Of a DNA stretch of 64,000 nt, positions 20,012 through 30,754 are shown piece after piece (the stretch's first letter is position 1; each line of letters starts with the position of its first letter). The stretch spans positions 1,143 to 65,142 of the forward strand of contig CAISYZ010000121.1 in the NCBI GenBank assembly GCA_903889895.1, in the 5' to 3' direction. The position numbers and the translations under genes are program-made. The stretch comes from an uncultured Verrucomicrobia subdivision 3 bacterium. Its GTDB lineage: Bacteria; Verrucomicrobiota; Verrucomicrobiia; Limisphaerales; UBA11358. Below the pieces are notes generated by a model that had not been told where the DNA came from, made no database searches, and was given only the letters and a program-made list of their open reading frames with translations.

Positions 20012-20920
20012 ATGAACCTCAAGCGACGTGAATTTCTGAAGAAGTCCGCCCTCGGCGCGGGCGGCCTGCTGTTCGGGGCCTCGTTGCGCGCGGAAGAAAA
20101 GGCCGGGCCGGAGAAATTCCACGATCCTTTCACACTTGTGCCGCTGGGCAAGACAGACTTGAAATTTTCCCGCGTGTGCATGGGCACGGGCACGCACGGC
20201 TGGCATCGCAGCTCCAACCAAACGCGCAGGGGCCGCACCGCCTTTCAAAATTTATTACGCGACGCCCATGAGCGCGGCGTGCGGACGTTTGATCTCGCCG
20301 ACCTTTACGGCTCGCATACTTATTTGCCGCCGGCTTTGGCGGGAATCCCGCGTGAGAAATACAATCTGATTTCCAAAATCTGGTGGAACGACGGCGGCAT
20401 CGACGAGCCGGAACGCCCCGCCGCCGATGTTGTGGTCGCGCGGTTCTTGAAAGAATTAAAAACGGATTACATTGATTTGCTACTGCTGCATTGCGTCATC
20501 GCGCCAGACTGGCCGGAGCAACTGCGTTCGCAGATGGAGATTTTGTCGAAGCTCAAACAGCAGGGAAAAATCCGCGCCCTCGGCGTCTCGTGCCATTCCA
20601 TCGCCGCGCTGGAGGCCGCCGCAGCGGAACCGTGGGTGGAATCTGTCCACACGCGCATCAACCCTTACGGCATGAGTATGGACGGTCCGCCGGAAACTGT
20701 CGTGCCGGTGCTCAAAAAACTGCACGCCACCGGCAAAGGCGTCGTGGGCATGAAACTCATCGGTGAAGGCCGCTTGCGCAATGACGACGCGCGCCGCGAC
20801 GAGTCGGTAAAGTTTGCACTGAACCTCGGCTGCGTGGATGTGTTGAACGTGGGCTTCGAAAAAATCGCGGAAGTGGATGACTTCGCCGCGCGCGTGCGCA
20901 AGGTTCCCCTGCCCGCCTGA
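20012..20920 (+). CDS. Aldo/keto reductase with Tat signal peptide
   Basis: KRREFLK twin-arginine motif; LGKT, FDLADLYG, LKTDYIDLLLLH and GKIRALGVSCH motifs. Confidence 0.9.
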   Translation: MNLKRREFLKKSALGAGGLLFGASLRAEEKAGPEKFHDPFTLVPLGKTDLKFSRVCMGTGTHGWHRSSNQTRRGRTAFQNLLRDAHERGVRTFDLADLYGSHTYLPPALAGIPREKYNLISKIWWNDGGIDEPERPAADVVVARFLKELKTDYIDLLLLHCVIAPDWPEQLRSQMEILSKLKQQGKIRALGVSCHSIAALEAAAAEPWVESVHTRINPYGMSMDGPPETVVPVLKKLHATGKGVVGMKLIGEGRLRNDDARRDESVKFALNLGCVDVLNVGFEKIAEVDDFAARVRKVPLPA

Positions 20921-20968
20921 TAAAAATCGGTGTTTCATCTGGGTTTCATCTGTGGCTAGAATGGTCGC

Positions 20969-21589
20969 GTGATTGCTTTGCTTGATTACGGTTCTGGCAA
21001 CCTCCGCAGCGTCCACAAGTCGCTGCTCAAGGTCGGCGCGGACGTGCGCCTTGTGCAACGCCCCGATGAAATCGGCGACGCGCGCGGCCTCGTGCTGCCC
21101 GGCGTCGGCGCGTTCGACGACTGCATCCACGCGCTGCGCAAACAGGAACTGCTCGAAGCCGCCAAAGCTTTCATCAAAACCGGAAAACCTTTTCTCGGCA
21201 TCTGCGTCGGCTATCAGGCGTTGTTCGAGAAGAGTGAGGAATTTAATTCCTGCGCCGCCGGTCTCGGCGTGTTTCAGGGCAAAGTCGTTCGTTTCACCGA
21301 AAAACCGGGCCACAAGATTCCGCAAATCGGCTGGAACCAGCTAGAGATTTTGAAAACCGACTGTCCGCTTTATCGCGGCATCGCGAACGGCAGCTACGTT
21401 TATTTTGTCCACAGCTTTTATCCGCAGCCGGTGGATGCGTCCATCGTCGCGACCCGCACGGATTACGGCGACAACTTTGCGTCGTCCGTCTGGCGCGACA
21501 ATGTTTTCGCCACGCAGTTTCACCCGGAGAAAAGCCAGAAGGTCGGCCTGCAACTGTTGAAAAACTTTGTCGAGCTGACAAAAATTTAG
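20969..21589 (+). CDS. hisH: Imidazole glycerol phosphate synthase glutaminase subunit
   Basis: DYGSGNLRSV, LPGVGAF, LGICVGYQ, YFVHSF and QFHPEKS motifs. Confidence 0.97.
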   Translation: MIALLDYGSGNLRSVHKSLLKVGADVRLVQRPDEIGDARGLVLPGVGAFDDCIHALRKQELLEAAKAFIKTGKPFLGICVGYQALFEKSEEFNSCAAGLGVFQGKVVRFTEKPGHKIPQIGWNQLEILKTDCPLYRGIANGSYVYFVHSFYPQPVDASIVATRTDYGDNFASSVWRDNVFATQFHPEKSQKVGLQLLKNFVELTKI

Positions 21590-21671
21590 TTGTGCCGCCG
21601 TTTAAATAATTCCCGGCCGCATCTTCATGCGGTTGGCGCAACGGGAGATTGGAGTATATTTATTGTAATCC

Positions 21672-24600
21672 ATGCCCCCGAAGAAAATGTTGCCGCGTTC
21701 CGCTCTGGTGATTTCACTGCTGATTAGTTGCAGTTTCACTCCGCTCTTCGCCACCAACACGAGCGTGCATACAACGTGGCTTTGGCATTTGCATCAACCG
21801 ATTTACTGGCCGGACCGCGCGCCATATAACCACACTGCCGACCATTACCAGAATGCCTGGGATACCATCCAACTGGGCAACGCGCATCCAACCGACACCT
21901 CGTTGACCACCGTTTTCGGCACCGGCGACCGCGTGGCCGCCTATCAAGGCCAGCCCAATTCCACCGTGAGCGGCCTGCTGTATCTGCCCAACGCCGGCGC
22001 ACAGGTCAACATGTCCGGCGCGCTCATGGAAAATGTCCAGAGCCTCGCCGCGCAAGGCCAGCTTGGCTATTACAGCGGCTGGAACAACGCCAATGCCACT
22101 GCGCGCACTTGGACCACCAGCAGCGGCAAACCGCGCATGGACCTGGTCAACTTCACTTATCATCACGCCATGGCTCCACTCGTCAGTGATGAAACACTTC
22201 AGATGGAACTGACCATCCAACAGCGGCAGATGCAAATTTTCTGGGGCACGGGCGTCCCGCTTTCGCGCGGCTATTTCCCGGCGGAAACCTGTTTCAGCGA
22301 ACACATGATTCCCATCTTGAACAAAATGGGCATCGCGTGGGCGGTCGTGGCGAACAATCATCTTGCTCGCACCTGCCCGGACATGCCCATCGCCACCGGC
22401 AGCGGCGGCGAAATGTGCGATTTGCCGAACGCCGCCGACCAGATTAACCCCGCGCAAGGCACCGGCAATTATCAGCGCACGGCGATTGACCGCGGCTGCT
22501 CGCCGACGCAGGTGATGCCGTTTGGTTTTCAACTGCATTATGTGCGCTACGTTGACCCGAACACCGGCAATGCCACCAAGCTTATCCTCGCTCCGAGTGA
22601 TCAGGTGTTCGGCTGGAAGGATAGTTACAGCACTTGGGATTTGGGACTCATCGCGCCCATCGCCGCGCGCAACAATTCCGCTAAACCGTCACTCGTCCTG
22701 TGCGCGCACGACGGCGACAACGCGTGGAGTGGCGGCTCCAGTTACTATCAGCAATGGGTCGGACAAATGGCCAGCACCGCCGTCAGCGACGGTTACGAGC
22801 CGACGACTATAGAGCAGTTCATCAACGATTTTCCGCCGGACACGAATGACGTGGTTCACGTCGAGGACGGCGGCTGGGTTTTTGCCGACAGCGATTTTGG
22901 TTCGCCTAGCTTCATTAACTGGAACTGGCCACCAAGCTACGCGGACAGCAACGGAAACAACATCGTTGACCCCAGCCTCGGCGTGACCAGCAAAGGCGAC
23001 AACTGGCGCGTTATCATCGCTACCGAAAACCGCGTGAAGACCGCGCAGCAGATTGCCGGCCTCACGCCAAACGTTGACCAGGTGCGCGATCCCGGCAGCT
23101 ATTCCGGCACACCCAACGCGGTGGAGCTTGGCTGGCATTATTATCTCGCCGGCCTCGACAGCGGATTCATGTATTACGGCTGCACCGCCGACGAATGCCT
23201 CCGTGCCATCGTCGCGCAGTCGAACGCGGTGCGGAATGTGGATTCAATTTTGTCGAACACGGCCAACGACACGACGCCGCCAACGGTCTTCCTGCCGCAG
23301 CGGCATCCGTGGAATCCCGGCGGCACAAACTTTGGCGTGCAATATGGCTATAAAACGATTGTCGCTACGAATACGGATTTTTGGGTGTGGACTTATGCCT
23401 ACGATGTCTCGGGCATCACGAACGTAAGCCTGCACCTGCGCAATAACGGCGCGAATCCACCGACGAGCGACGTGTTCAAGACTTACGCTGGCGGCAACCC
23501 GGCCGGCACGTGGCAGACCACCAGCATGACTTATCGTTACGCCACGAACTCCAGCGGTTACACGCCGCAATATCAGGCTGACTATTACTACGCCAAAGTC
23601 ACCGGCATCACCAACGCCTATGTGGATTACTACGTCAGTGCCATGGACGCGCATGGCAACACTTTCAAAAGCCCGATTCAGCACGTTTGGGTTGCCGCCG
23701 GCAACGGCGGCGGCGGAAGCAGCAGTTCTAGCGGCAGTGTCGTCAGCGTCTCGCCTGCCGCGCCAGTCGCCGGCAATCCTGTGACTATTGCCTACGTTGC
23801 CACCGGGCGGGCGCTCGCGAGCGCAGCCAGCATTTATTTGCACCTCGGCTGGAATAATTATTCCACCATCGTCTCGCCTGACATCGCGATGACCTACAAT
23901 GCTTCGTCGAACTGGTGGCAATGCACCGTGACCATCACGAACCTCGCAGCGAGTTTGAACTGCACGTTTAACAACGGCTCCGGCACTTGGGACAATAATG
24001 GTGGTGCAAACTGGAACTTCACTGTCACCTCGAACAGCTCGCCATCCACGCCGTCGGCACCGGCCAGTCTCATTGCCACCGGTGTCAGCACAAACCAGAT
24101 TAATTTGTCATGGACCTCCTCCTCGGGCGCGAGCAGCTACTTCATCAAACGCGACAGTTCGACTATTGCGACGACAGCGGGAACAACCTTTTCCGACACC
24201 AGCCTGGCGGCAAATTCCTCGCACTGTTATTCCGTCACCGCTTCAAACAGCGTCGGACTCTCCGCCGCGAGCACAACGGCTTGCACCAACACGCTGGCCG
24301 TGATCACCAACCTTCCGACCTTCGTGCTGGACGGGAACTTTGATTATCCTGGCTACCTGCTTGCGAGCAGCGGTATGGTGCTTTACGGCGCGGTGCGCGG
24401 CACGACGCTTTACGTCGCGACGTGGTCGCCGGGAACAAACGGTGCGAATGATCATTTTATTTTCGTCACTGACCAGTTGCTGCCTGCCGCTACCGTCGCC
24501 GCGCCTTGGGCAAAATTTGGCAGCAACGCCGTAGCCGCCGCCAAACCGTATCTCGCCGGCGAAAGCACGACGAGCTACGTCAGTTGGTTCGCCAACAACT

Positions 24601-25103
24601 CCGCGACGAACTGGCCGTGCATCAAATCCATGACCAATTCTGGCGCAATGGCAGGCACGCTCGACCTTGTCGCAGCCTTCGGCTCCGTGCCCACCAATCT
24701 TTATCTCTGCGCCGTCGCCTACCAGACCGCCGATGGCGGCGTGCTGGCAAGCCAGTGTCCGGCGGCGGTTGTGGCGAACAGCAACCTTGAACCGAGTGAG
24801 TTTCTCATGCTGCCGCTAAGCGCGCTGCGGGACTCGCTTGGCAACGGCACGCTCGATTTGTGCGATCCCACGCGCGGCTTCAAAATATTCTCCACCGCCG
24901 CGCAAAGCACAAATCGCATCCTGAATTTCGCGGTGATGCCGGGACGGAATTATCAGGTGCAGTTCGCCAACTCGCTCAGTGGTGGCTGGACGAATTTCCC
25001 CGACACGAACTATGCCGCGCCGCCGCAGATGTTTTTGAATTTTACCGACACACCGGCAGCGGGCGCACCGCAGCGATTTTATCGCGTGAAGCTGCTGCCT
25101 TAA
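21672..25103 (+). CDS. Secreted GH57-like glycoside hydrolase (amylase-type) with CBM25-like and FN3 domains and a C-terminal FYR domain
   Basis: Signal peptide; WHLHQP, PAETCFS and AHDGDN (GH57/GH119-type motifs); IYLHLGWNN...FNNGSGTWDNNGGANW (CBM25-like); FN3; ends QRFYRVKLLP. Confidence 0.8.
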   Translation: MPPKKMLPRSALVISLLISCSFTPLFATNTSVHTTWLWHLHQPIYWPDRAPYNHTADHYQNAWDTIQLGNAHPTDTSLTTVFGTGDRVAAYQGQPNSTVSGLLYLPNAGAQVNMSGALMENVQSLAAQGQLGYYSGWNNANATARTWTTSSGKPRMDLVNFTYHHAMAPLVSDETLQMELTIQQRQMQIFWGTGVPLSRGYFPAETCFSEHMIPILNKMGIAWAVVANNHLARTCPDMPIATGSGGEMCDLPNAADQINPAQGTGNYQRTAIDRGCSPTQVMPFGFQLHYVRYVDPNTGNATKLILAPSDQVFGWKDSYSTWDLGLIAPIAARNNSAKPSLVLCAHDGDNAWSGGSSYYQQWVGQMASTAVSDGYEPTTIEQFINDFPPDTNDVVHVEDGGWVFADSDFGSPSFINWNWPPSYADSNGNNIVDPSLGVTSKGDNWRVIIATENRVKTAQQIAGLTPNVDQVRDPGSYSGTPNAVELGWHYYLAGLDSGFMYYGCTADECLRAIVAQSNAVRNVDSILSNTANDTTPPTVFLPQRHPWNPGGTNFGVQYGYKTIVATNTDFWVWTYAYDVSGITNVSLHLRNNGANPPTSDVFKTYAGGNPAGTWQTTSMTYRYATNSSGYTPQYQADYYYAKVTGITNAYVDYYVSAMDAHGNTFKSPIQHVWVAAGNGGGGSSSSSGSVVSVSPAAPVAGNPVTIAYVATGRALASAASIYLHLGWNNYSTIVSPDIAMTYNASSNWWQCTVTITNLAASLNCTFNNGSGTWDNNGGANWNFTVTSNSSPSTPSAPASLIATGVSTNQINLSWTSSSGASSYFIKRDSSTIATTAGTTFSDTSLAANSSHCYSVTASNSVGLSAASTTACTNTLAVITNLPTFVLDGNFDYPGYLLASSGMVLYGAVRGTTLYVATWSPGTNGANDHFIFVTDQLLPAATVAAPWAKFGSNAVAAAKPYLAGESTTSYVSWFANNSATNWPCIKSMTNSGAMAGTLDLVAAFGSVPTNLYLCAVAYQTADGGVLASQCPAAVVANSNLEPSEFLMLPLSALRDSLGNGTLDLCDPTRGFKIFSTAAQSTNRILNFAVMPGRNYQVQFANSLSGGWTNFPDTNYAAPPQMFLNFTDTPAAGAPQRFYRVKLLP

Positions 25104-25161
25104 CTGGCGCCGCCAATTTCCGCCGCTTGTGCGCACGGCCGGGTGTGGGTATAATTTTTTT

Positions 25162-26610
25162 ATGAAATCCTTCAGGCTCCGTTTCCTCACGGTCATAGCT
25201 TTGATTTTTCTTACGGTTTTATTTTCGCAAACGGCGCGTGCGGTGGTGCTGTGGAGTTTGCCGGGTCCAATTACCGTTCATGAAAACGGCGCCGGCACAG
25301 ATATTCTCAACGGCGCTGTGAAGCGCACGATCAAGGACAGCGGCGCGCTGTATTTCAAGTTCCGCGTGAATCCGCTTTCGGACGTGGCCAAGGAGGAATA
25401 CTACGCGGGCTTCCAGCTTTTTGAGGGCGATGAGGAGCGGCTCGGCGTCGGTAATTCATTGAAAGCTTGGGCTTACAGTGCTTTTAACACCGAGGACACG
25501 GGCGAATACAACAAAGTTTTCGGAGACTTCGATTTGCGCTCGGCCAATCCGGAATCCTACGCACCGGGAACTTTTCTCGCCTACGAACTGCCCCGGCAGG
25601 GCATTACGCGGACAATCATTTTCAAGGTCCAGTTTATCCCCAACAGCGATGCGCTGGTGACCGTCTGGATGGAACCGGACTTGACGCCAGGAGCGACGGA
25701 GGATAGCCAGCTCACGCTGCTAACCACACAAGTCCGCGCCAAGGCGACGTTTAATCAAATCCGCCTCCGGCACGGCGGCAACGGCGAAGGCTGGACGTTC
25801 AGCGATATGGCTGTGGCCACCACGTTCGAGGACTTCATCGTGCGCCCGGTGTGGCAGCAAGGCTGGTTTCTTTTCGGCATTGCGATCGTTTTGCTGATTG
25901 CCGTCGGCACTACGGTGCGGGTGGTGGAACGGAAAAAATTCAGGCTGCAGCTGCAACGCGCCGAGCAGCAGCACGCGTTGGAACGCGAGCGCGGCCGCAT
26001 CGCGATGGATTTGCATGATGAACTCGGCTCGTCACTGACGCAGATTTCCCTGCTCGGCGGATTGCTGCGCGCGGAAAAGGATAGTCCAGCGCAAGTGGAA
26101 ATCCACGCGACCAAGCTGGCGGAAGCCGCCGACGAATCCGTCCGCGCGCTTGAAGAAATCGTCTGGGCGGTGCGCCCAGGCAGCGACACACTGCAAGGCC
26201 TGCTGGACTACATCGCACATTTTGCCAATGAGCTGTTTGCAAACAACAGCACGCGCTGCCGCCAGGATTTGCCGGCGAGCCTGCCGACCTGCGCGCTGCC
26301 GCCAGACGTGCGCCACAACATTTTCCTCATCGTCAAGGAGGCTTTGAACAACGTATTGAAACACGCGGGCGGCAGCGTGGTAAATTTACAGGTGCAGCTC
26401 GATGGCCAAAAATTGAAAATTGTGATTGCAGACGACGGCAAAGGTTTCGCCCCTGACACCACCATGGCCAACGGTGGTCACAGCGGGCTGGAAAATATGC
26501 GGCAGCGGGCAGCGGCCGTCGGTGGCCAGTTGAGTCTCACCAGCGAACCCGGCAAAGGCACGCGCGTGGAATTAAGCGTAAATCTGCCGGTTGAATCCAA
26601 CCCAGCCTAA
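25162..26610 (+). CDS. Sensor histidine kinase (HisKA_3, NarX/DesK type) with an extracytoplasmic beta-rich domain
   Basis: ERGRIAMDLHDELGSSL, EALNNVLKHA, DDGKGF, GLENMRQRA and GKGT motifs; one TM helix before the kinase. Probable start ATG 25162. Confidence 0.92.
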   Translation: MKSFRLRFLTVIALIFLTVLFSQTARAVVLWSLPGPITVHENGAGTDILNGAVKRTIKDSGALYFKFRVNPLSDVAKEEYYAGFQLFEGDEERLGVGNSLKAWAYSAFNTEDTGEYNKVFGDFDLRSANPESYAPGTFLAYELPRQGITRTIIFKVQFIPNSDALVTVWMEPDLTPGATEDSQLTLLTTQVRAKATFNQIRLRHGGNGEGWTFSDMAVATTFEDFIVRPVWQQGWFLFGIAIVLLIAVGTTVRVVERKKFRLQLQRAEQQHALERERGRIAMDLHDELGSSLTQISLLGGLLRAEKDSPAQVEIHATKLAEAADESVRALEEIVWAVRPGSDTLQGLLDYIAHFANELFANNSTRCRQDLPASLPTCALPPDVRHNIFLIVKEALNNVLKHAGGSVVNLQVQLDGQKLKIVIADDGKGFAPDTTMANGGHSGLENMRQRAAAVGGQLSLTSEPGKGTRVELSVNLPVESNPA

Positions 26611-26615
26611 TTGTT

Positions 26616-27242
26616 ATGCAAATCAAAGTAGCCATCGTGGAAGACGACGCCGGCATCCGTGAGAGCTTATCAGCACTCATCCGGCGGGTGTCAGGCTTCA
26701 AGCTGGTGGGTGATTTTGCCGATGGTGAACGGGCTTTGAAAGAAATCCCCAAGCTGCTGCCGGATGTGGTGTTGATGGACGTCAATTTGCCCGGTATGAA
26801 AGGCTATGAGTGCGTGCGCCAGCTCAAGGCCGCGCATCCAACGGTGCAGTTTTTGATGCTGACAGTTTACGAGGACAGCGATTCGCTTTTCAATTCCCTG
26901 CGCGCCGGCGCAAGCGGCTACCTGCTCAAGCGCACGGCCTCGGCGCGGTTACTTGAGGCAATCCGCGACGTCCATGCGGGCGGTTCGCCGATGACACCGC
27001 AACTGGCTCGGCGCGTGGTGCAGTTTTTTTCCAAGCCCGCCGGCGAGTCCACACCGCTGGCCAAGTTGACACCGGCCGAGCGCGAATTTCTTGACCAGCT
27101 GGCCAACGGCTATGCCTACAAGGAAATTGCCGACCGAATGAACATCAGCATAGATACGGTGCGGAGCTATGTGCGGACGGTCTATGAAAAATTGCACGTC
27201 CACTCGCGAACCGAGGCCGTGGTTAAATATCTGCGCGGTTGA
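26616..27242 (+). CDS. NarL/LuxR-family response regulator
   Basis: REC domain (VEDD, DVVLMD, GYLLK) plus LuxR HTH (YKEIADRMNISIDTV...YEKLHV). Confidence 0.95.
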   Translation: MQIKVAIVEDDAGIRESLSALIRRVSGFKLVGDFADGERALKEIPKLLPDVVLMDVNLPGMKGYECVRQLKAAHPTVQFLMLTVYEDSDSLFNSLRAGASGYLLKRTASARLLEAIRDVHAGGSPMTPQLARRVVQFFSKPAGESTPLAKLTPAEREFLDQLANGYAYKEIADRMNISIDTVRSYVRTVYEKLHVHSRTEAVVKYLRG

Positions 27243-27331
27243 CCGCACAAAGATGCGATGGCCGAAGGGGAAACTCGTGCTATGTTGTTTCATCATCCGC
27301 AAAGCCTAACGCCAAAACCGTCACACCTTTT

Positions 27332-29764
27332 ATGAAAAATTGCCTACCCCAATCAGCCGCCTTCTCCACCCTGCTCACTGCCGGCTTAATGGTGCTCGCC
27401 AACCCAGCGAGCGCGACCAATTACGCCGGAAACGGTGACACCGGTTTCGGTGGCCCCGTTGGCAACGGCGTATTATCCGTGACGGATGACCACACCAATA
27501 TCACGGTCAACTTGCAGCGCGGCTCCAGTGGAAATTTCAATGACTGCCTCGTGATATACATAGACACCGGCACCGGCGGATATGCTAGCACCGCGAGTTT
27601 TACCGACACCGGCTATCCGGAACAACAAGGCATCTCAGGTTATGATGGCAGCAGCCGCAGCGTAATGAATTTTACCAACGGGTTCCGCCCCGCCTATGCC
27701 GTGGTCATCAAGGAGGAAAGCGGCGGATGGATGGATTTGTGGAGCTTGGCGAATCCCAGCAGTTTCATTTATTTGGCCGGCAACAGCGTGGGGGGAAGTT
27801 CCAGCGCGAATTACAGTTTGACTTTTAGTTGCACAAACCTCGGCCTAACCGCTGGGTCTCCTGCCACGTTAAGGATTTTTGGCACGCTGATTAATCCCAG
27901 CGGCGCGTATCGTTCAACCGAGGCAATTGCCGGCAATGACATCGCCAGCATCTACGGACAGGGGCCAAATCCGTTCACGAACACGGTTTATGCCAATTAC
28001 ATCTTTGCCGCACCGGTGGTCCCGACCAATCCGGTGACTTTCTCGGTGGACATGACCGCGCAGTTTGCCAATGGCTCATTCAATCCAAACAGCGGCGATG
28101 CAGTCTATGTCGGCGGATCATTTGAAAGCACCCCGTTTGCATTCAGCTTGCATCTGACCAACAATCCGACCGCCGCCAACACCAACATTTACTCAGGCAC
28201 CTACCCCGATCAAAACCTCACGAACACGATGGAGCAATACAAATTCAAGTTCTACAGCGTGGTCAGTAACATGGATTTTTATGACGCCGACCCGAACCGA
28301 ACGTTCACCCTCCATGGCGGCGGGCAGGTCGTGCCGCGAATCTATTTTAACAACATTCCCGCCAATCCCAGCGCGACGACCAACCACATTACGTTCCAGA
28401 TCGACATGGGGCCGCAGATTTATCTGACCCATTTTAATCCGGCCAGCGACCTGATTGAATTATCGGGCGGCTTCCAGTCGCCACAATTTTCCGCCGGCAT
28501 CATCCTGACCAACAACCAGACTGCTTCGAATTCAAATGTCTATTCGGCAACGGTCACAGATTACAATTATCCCGGCACCCAATATCTGCCGCCGGAAAAC
28601 GGTTATAAATATGTTATCGTCAGCGGTGGCACGAGCACTTATGAATCCGGCGCAAACCGCAGCCTTACCACCGTCACCAATTCCGGCACAATGCCGCTCG
28701 CATATTTTAACGGCGTCAGCACTTATGCGGCGATTCCCATCACCTTCTCGGTGGACATGACGGTGCCCATTGCAACAGGAATGTTTAATCCTGGCAGCGG
28801 CGACACTGCTGGTTGTGCGGGAACTTTTCAGACGAATCAGTGGACGGTCGGCAATGTCAGCAGTTTCATACTGACCAACAATCCGACTTCGGCCAACTCC
28901 AATGTTTACAGCGGAACCTACGTTGACCGCAATGCTCCCGGCTCAATTGAGGCATATAAATTTGTCATCAACACCAACGGTGGCGGCACGCTGTTTGAAA
29001 CCCCCAGTAGCACCGGCGGCGGCGACCGCGCTTTTGTGCTGGGCAGCAGCGCGGCGACAAATACGCTGGTGTTTTGGGGAGACACGAACAGCAGTCAGGT
29101 TCTGCTGACGCCCACCATAGTAACTTTCACGGTGGACATGGCCGGTGCGGTTGACACCTTCGGCTACCCATTTGATTACAATAACGACCTCGTTGTCATC
29201 GATGGTAATTTCGTGACGCCGCAATGGCCGAACATTTGGACTGACGCGACCTTGTATTATCCTTCAATTCAAAATGATTACGGCCCCGGCAACGGCGCGG
29301 GCAACCCCAACTTGGTTTTACAAACAACAGACAACCGGTTTTTTACTGGAACCTTTACAATTCCTGCCGGCCAGCCACATCAAGTTCTTTATAAATACGG
29401 CATTTACCATAATAATAGCTCCTTCAATACGAACTGTGATAATGAAGGCGGCTACGGACAGAACCATGTCCGCTATATCCGCAGTTCGGGCACTTATAAT
29501 TTTCCGGTGGACCTCTTTGGCGAACAACGCACCAATGCGTATGCCGCCGGCGCGGGGGAACTGCTTTACGGCATCGCTTCCGGCACAGTCTCTGCGGGGC
29601 ATCTCCCGGTTTCCTGGCTGGGTTTTTCCGGCGTGAATCTCCAAACCTGCACCAATCTGGCGAATCAAGTATGGCAGAATGTCAGCACCAATGGCACAGG
29701 CACGACCAACTGGCCAGCCACCGGCGCACCGCGCTATTTCCGCTTGTGGCCGACGCCACAATGA
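27332..29764 (+). CDS. Secreted non-catalytic protein with four repeated CBM20-like beta-sandwich modules (probable starch binding)
   Basis: Signal peptide from ATG 27332; repeats [24 protein letters not shown] and IVTFTVDM, three followed by LTNNxTxxNxNxYS; ends [11 protein letters not shown]. Confidence 0.65.
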   Translation: MKNCLPQSAAFSTLLTAGLMVLANPASATNYAGNGDTGFGGPVGNGVLSVTDDHTNITVNLQRGSSGNFNDCLVIYIDTGTGGYASTASFTDTGYPEQQGISGYDGSSRSVMNFTNGFRPAYAVVIKEESGGWMDLWSLANPSSFIYLAGNSVGGSSSANYSLTFSCTNLGLTAGSPATLRIFGTLINPSGAYRSTEAIAGNDIASIYGQGPNPFTNTVYANYIFAAPVVPTNPVTFSVDMTAQFANGSFNPNSGDAVYVGGSFESTPFAFSLHLTNNPTAANTNIYSGTYPDQNLTNTMEQYKFKFYSVVSNMDFYDADPNRTFTLHGGGQVVPRIYFNNIPANPSATTNHITFQIDMGPQIYLTHFNPASDLIELSGGFQSPQFSAGIILTNNQTASNSNVYSATVTDYNYPGTQYLPPENGYKYVIVSGGTSTYESGANRSLTTVTNSGTMPLAYFNGVSTYAAIPITFSVDMTVPIATGMFNPGSGDTAGCAGTFQTNQWTVGNVSSFILTNNPTSANSNVYSGTYVDRNAPGSIEAYKFVINTNGGGTLFETPSSTGGGDRAFVLGSSAATNTLVFWGDTNSSQVLLTPTIVTFTVDMAGAVDTFGYPFDYNNDLVVIDGNFVTPQWPNIWTDATLYYPSIQNDYGPGNGAGNPNLVLQTTDNRFFTGTFTIPAGQPHQVLYKYGIYHNNSSFNTNCDNEGGYGQNHVRYIRSSGTYNFPVDLFGEQRTNAYAAGAGELLYGIASGTVSAGHLPVSWLGFSGVNLQTCTNLANQVWQNVSTNGTGTTNWPATGAPRYFRLWPTPQ

Positions 29765-29822
29765 CGAGAATAGCCATGCGCCCAGCATTGTGCTGACGTC
29801 GGCAGCAAACAGGGCAGACAAA

Positions 29823-30683
29823 ATGAAATCAAACCATACTAATTTAAATGGTGAGCGCCGGGATGGATTCACGCTCATCGAGTTGCTCGTGGTCATAGCA
29901 ATCATTGCCATCTTGGCGGCAATGCTTTTGCCGGCGCTGGCTGCCGCCAAGAAAAAAGCCCAAGCCATCAGTTGCTTAAATAATTACAAGCAACTCACAC
30001 TGGCCTGGCATATGTATGCCAACGACAACAACGACAATCTGGCCTATAATACGGATAGAAATACCCCTACCGTGCCAGGCACACCGAACAGCTGGGTGTA
30101 TAGCTCCATTTCGCAAAATCCAACAATGTATATGACTTGGGGAGTGGATGGTTATAACACCAACACCCAATATATGATCAACAGTCAGATCTCTTCGCTG
30201 GGTGATTACGTTTCAAAGTCAGTCGGCATTTTCCACTGTCCCTCAGACAATTATTTAAGCAGCGCACAACGCGGAGCCGGCTGGAACTATCGGGTCCGCA
30301 GTTGTGCCATGGATGCAGCCATTGGTGCCGGCACCAAATTTTATGCCGGCCAGCCTTGGTTCTATAATGTCAAAAAATCCTCCGGATTCCACACACCATC
30401 ACCAACTGATTCTTGGCTTTTCACGGATGAGCATCCGGATTCCATTGATGATGGGGCCATGTATACCGACCCCATTTATCCAGACCCGAATCAGACTACC
30501 TTCATCGAATTACCCGGCAGCAATCACGGCGGCTCCAGCGGCATTGCCTTTGCGGACGGCCATTCCGAATTGCATAAGATGCATAGCGGCGTCGTGCCCG
30601 TCTCTTACACCGCTTATACCGCGCACAACATATCTGATGCAATTGATTTGAGCTGGTTTGCCCTACATACCCCGCTAAATTAA
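29823..30683 (+). CDS. Prepilin-type N-terminal cleavage/methylation protein with H-X9-DG motif (DUF1559-like)
   Basis: [39 protein letters not shown] and [14 protein letters not shown]. Confidence 0.92.
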   Translation: MKSNHTNLNGERRDGFTLIELLVVIAIIAILAAMLLPALAAAKKKAQAISCLNNYKQLTLAWHMYANDNNDNLAYNTDRNTPTVPGTPNSWVYSSISQNPTMYMTWGVDGYNTNTQYMINSQISSLGDYVSKSVGIFHCPSDNYLSSAQRGAGWNYRVRSCAMDAAIGAGTKFYAGQPWFYNVKKSSGFHTPSPTDSWLFTDEHPDSIDDGAMYTDPIYPDPNQTTFIELPGSNHGGSSGIAFADGHSELHKMHSGVVPVSYTAYTAHNISDAIDLSWFALHTPLN

Positions 30684-30754
30684 TTAATCAGCGCCACAAA
30701 ACTCCCCTTAATCGGTTGGCATCCGAAGGAAAACAAGGGTAATTAAATTCAACT

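Noticed and set aside
20925-20960. Short duplicated gtttcatctg motif upstream of hisH
   Set aside because: Only two copies of a 10-mer; too little to support an element or regulatory call.
27239-29764. Diversity-generating retroelement suggested by internal repeats
   Set aside because: The repeats are whole protein-domain duplications, with no adenine-specific TR/VR pair and no reverse transcriptase.
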